From Anaerovorax sp. (lineage in GTDB: Bacteria > Bacillota > Clostridia > Peptostreptococcales > Anaerovoracaceae), in assembly GCA_036653195.1 (NCBI GenBank), contig JAVVUJ010000002.1, positions 1 to 46,787 of the forward strand: a stretch of 46,787 bases of DNA, written 5' to 3'. The translations under genes and the position numbers were made by a program. Each line of letters opens with the position of its first letter. The first letter of the stretch is position 1. Under the pieces are notes generated by a model. The model ran no database searches and was not told the origin of the DNA. It saw only the letters and a program-made list of their open reading frames with translations. Below, piece by piece: positions 45,378 to 46,787 of the stretch.

Positions 45378-46667
45378 ATGCAAAAAAATACGTATGAATT
45401 ATTAAAAGAAAACATGGGCATCAGTGGGGAAGTCTTAGATGCGGTCTCCGTAGCAGAAGAGCAAGTGTCCCACATCTTTACCAATTTAGATGACATCATG
45501 GCATTCAATCAATACAAGGTGTTAGATGTTTTTCAAAAATGCAGAATCAGCGATCAACATTTTGCGTGGAATACAGGGTATGGGTATGATGACCAAGGAA
45601 GAGATGCCTTAGAAGCCGTCTATGCGATGCTCTTCAAAACAGAAGCTGCCTTGGTCAGGCCAATTATTGTAAACGGCACCCATGCGTTGACACTGACGTT
45701 GACGGGCATTTTAAGGCCTGGGGATGAATTGATTTATTGCACCGGTGCACCTTATGATACCTTGGAAGAAGTCATTGGGATTCGAGGGGAAGGCAAAGGC
45801 TCTCTGGCAGAGTTTGGTGTTACCTATAAACAAGTAGAGCTAAAAGAAAATGGAACCATAGATTTTGAGGCTTTAAAGGATGCCATAACACCAAAAACAA
45901 AGATGATGAGCGTTCAAAGAGCCACCGGATACGGATGGAGAAAAGCCATAACCATTCCGGAAATTGAAGAATGGACGAAATTTGTTAAATCCATCAATCC
46001 TGATATTGTTTGCATGGTAGACAATTGTTACGGTGAATTTTTAGATACCAAAGAGCCTACAGAAGTAGGCGTGGATGTGGTCGCCGGTTCTCTGATTAAA
46101 AATCCAGGTGGCGGTCTCGCTTTGACCGGGGGCTATATTGCAGGTAAGGCGGATTTAATAGAAAAGATTTCTTACAGAATGACTTCTCCCGGAATTGGTG
46201 GAGAATGTGGCCTTACGTTTGGACAGACGCGCACCATGTTACAAGGTTTGTTTATTGCGCCGAAAACAGTGAACGGTGCGGTAAAGGGTGCTATTTTGTG
46301 TGCCAAAGTATTCCAAAATTACGGATATGAGGTTTGTCCAAAACCGGAAGAGTACAGAAGTGATATTATTGAATCTGTTAAATTAGAGAGTCCTGAAGGG
46401 GTGATTGCTTTTTGTGAGGGGATACAGGCGGCGGCGCCAATTGATGCTTATGTAAAACCAATTCCGTGGAAAATGCCCGGCTATGAAGATGAAGTCATTA
46501 TGGCGGCAGGTGCTTTTGTGCAAGGTTCTTCCATTGAACTCAGTGCTGATGCACCCATCAGACCACCTTATATTGTGTATTTCCAGGGCGGTTTAACCTA
46601 TGAGCACTCTAAATTTGGGGTGATCAAAGCAGCGCAAGCGTTGAAAGATCAAAATCTATTGAAATAA
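45378..46667 (+). CDS. PLP-dependent methionine gamma-lyase-family protein (YnbB / aluminium-resistance family)
   Basis: HFAWNTGYGYDDQGRDALEAVYA and GSLIKNPGGG are characteristic of this family. The start lies 3 nt after the recombinase stop. Confidence 0.85.
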   Translation: MQKNTYELLKENMGISGEVLDAVSVAEEQVSHIFTNLDDIMAFNQYKVLDVFQKCRISDQHFAWNTGYGYDDQGRDALEAVYAMLFKTEAALVRPIIVNGTHALTLTLTGILRPGDELIYCTGAPYDTLEEVIGIRGEGKGSLAEFGVTYKQVELKENGTIDFEALKDAITPKTKMMSVQRATGYGWRKAITIPEIEEWTKFVKSINPDIVCMVDNCYGEFLDTKEPTEVGVDVVAGSLIKNPGGGLALTGGYIAGKADLIEKISYRMTSPGIGGECGLTFGQTRTMLQGLFIAPKTVNGAVKGAILCAKVFQNYGYEVCPKPEEYRSDIIESVKLESPEGVIAFCEGIQAAAPIDAYVKPIPWKMPGYEDEVIMAAGAFVQGSSIELSADAPIRPPYIVYFQGGLTYEHSKFGVIKAAQALKDQNLLK

Positions 46668-46787
46668 AAATGAAAACACCAGCATGCATCATCCCGTGGT
46701 AGTTCCTGTATAATCTATATGGGCCATAGAATGATAATTTATTCTTTTTTTAACAAAAGATGGAGGCAAAAAGATAGAAATGAAGAA

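Overview
This is a 46.8-kb chromosomal segment from a low-GC, spore-forming Firmicute with Clostridia-like gene order. About 46 genes are present, and all but two are on the + strand. Most are recognisable core genes: rnj (5' truncated by the window edge), a ylbF-like gene, efp, mltG-trmR-U32 peptidase, spoIIIAA-AH, asp23-nusB-xseA-xseB-ispA-dxs-tlyA, the rnfCDGEAB operon, miaB, mutS-mutL-miaA and a ynbB-like PLP enzyme. Less ordinary blocks sit among them. (i) A FUSC exporter lies divergent from an MFS-CBS pair, followed by a CNNM/TlyC gene. (ii) A 6.5-kb block (secreted repeat/DUF5050-like protein, OmpR/HK two-component system, NhaC antiporter) lies between spoIIIAB and spoIIIAC and splits the spoIIIA operon. 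(iii) spoIIIAF is only 55 codons and spoIIIAG is compact. (iv) A tandem ~68-bp promoter-bearing repeat lies upstream of asp23. (v) A three-gene SleC-like cortex-lytic module lies between miaB and mutS, with the SleC prodomain-like part and the catalytic part as separate ORFs. (vi) An intact tyrosine recombinase is translationally coupled to miaA, in the slot where hfq usually sits. I saw no rRNA, tRNA, CRISPR array, transposase, phage genes or recognisable defence system. All functional calls rest on my reading of the translated ORFs, conserved motifs and synteny. No database search was run.
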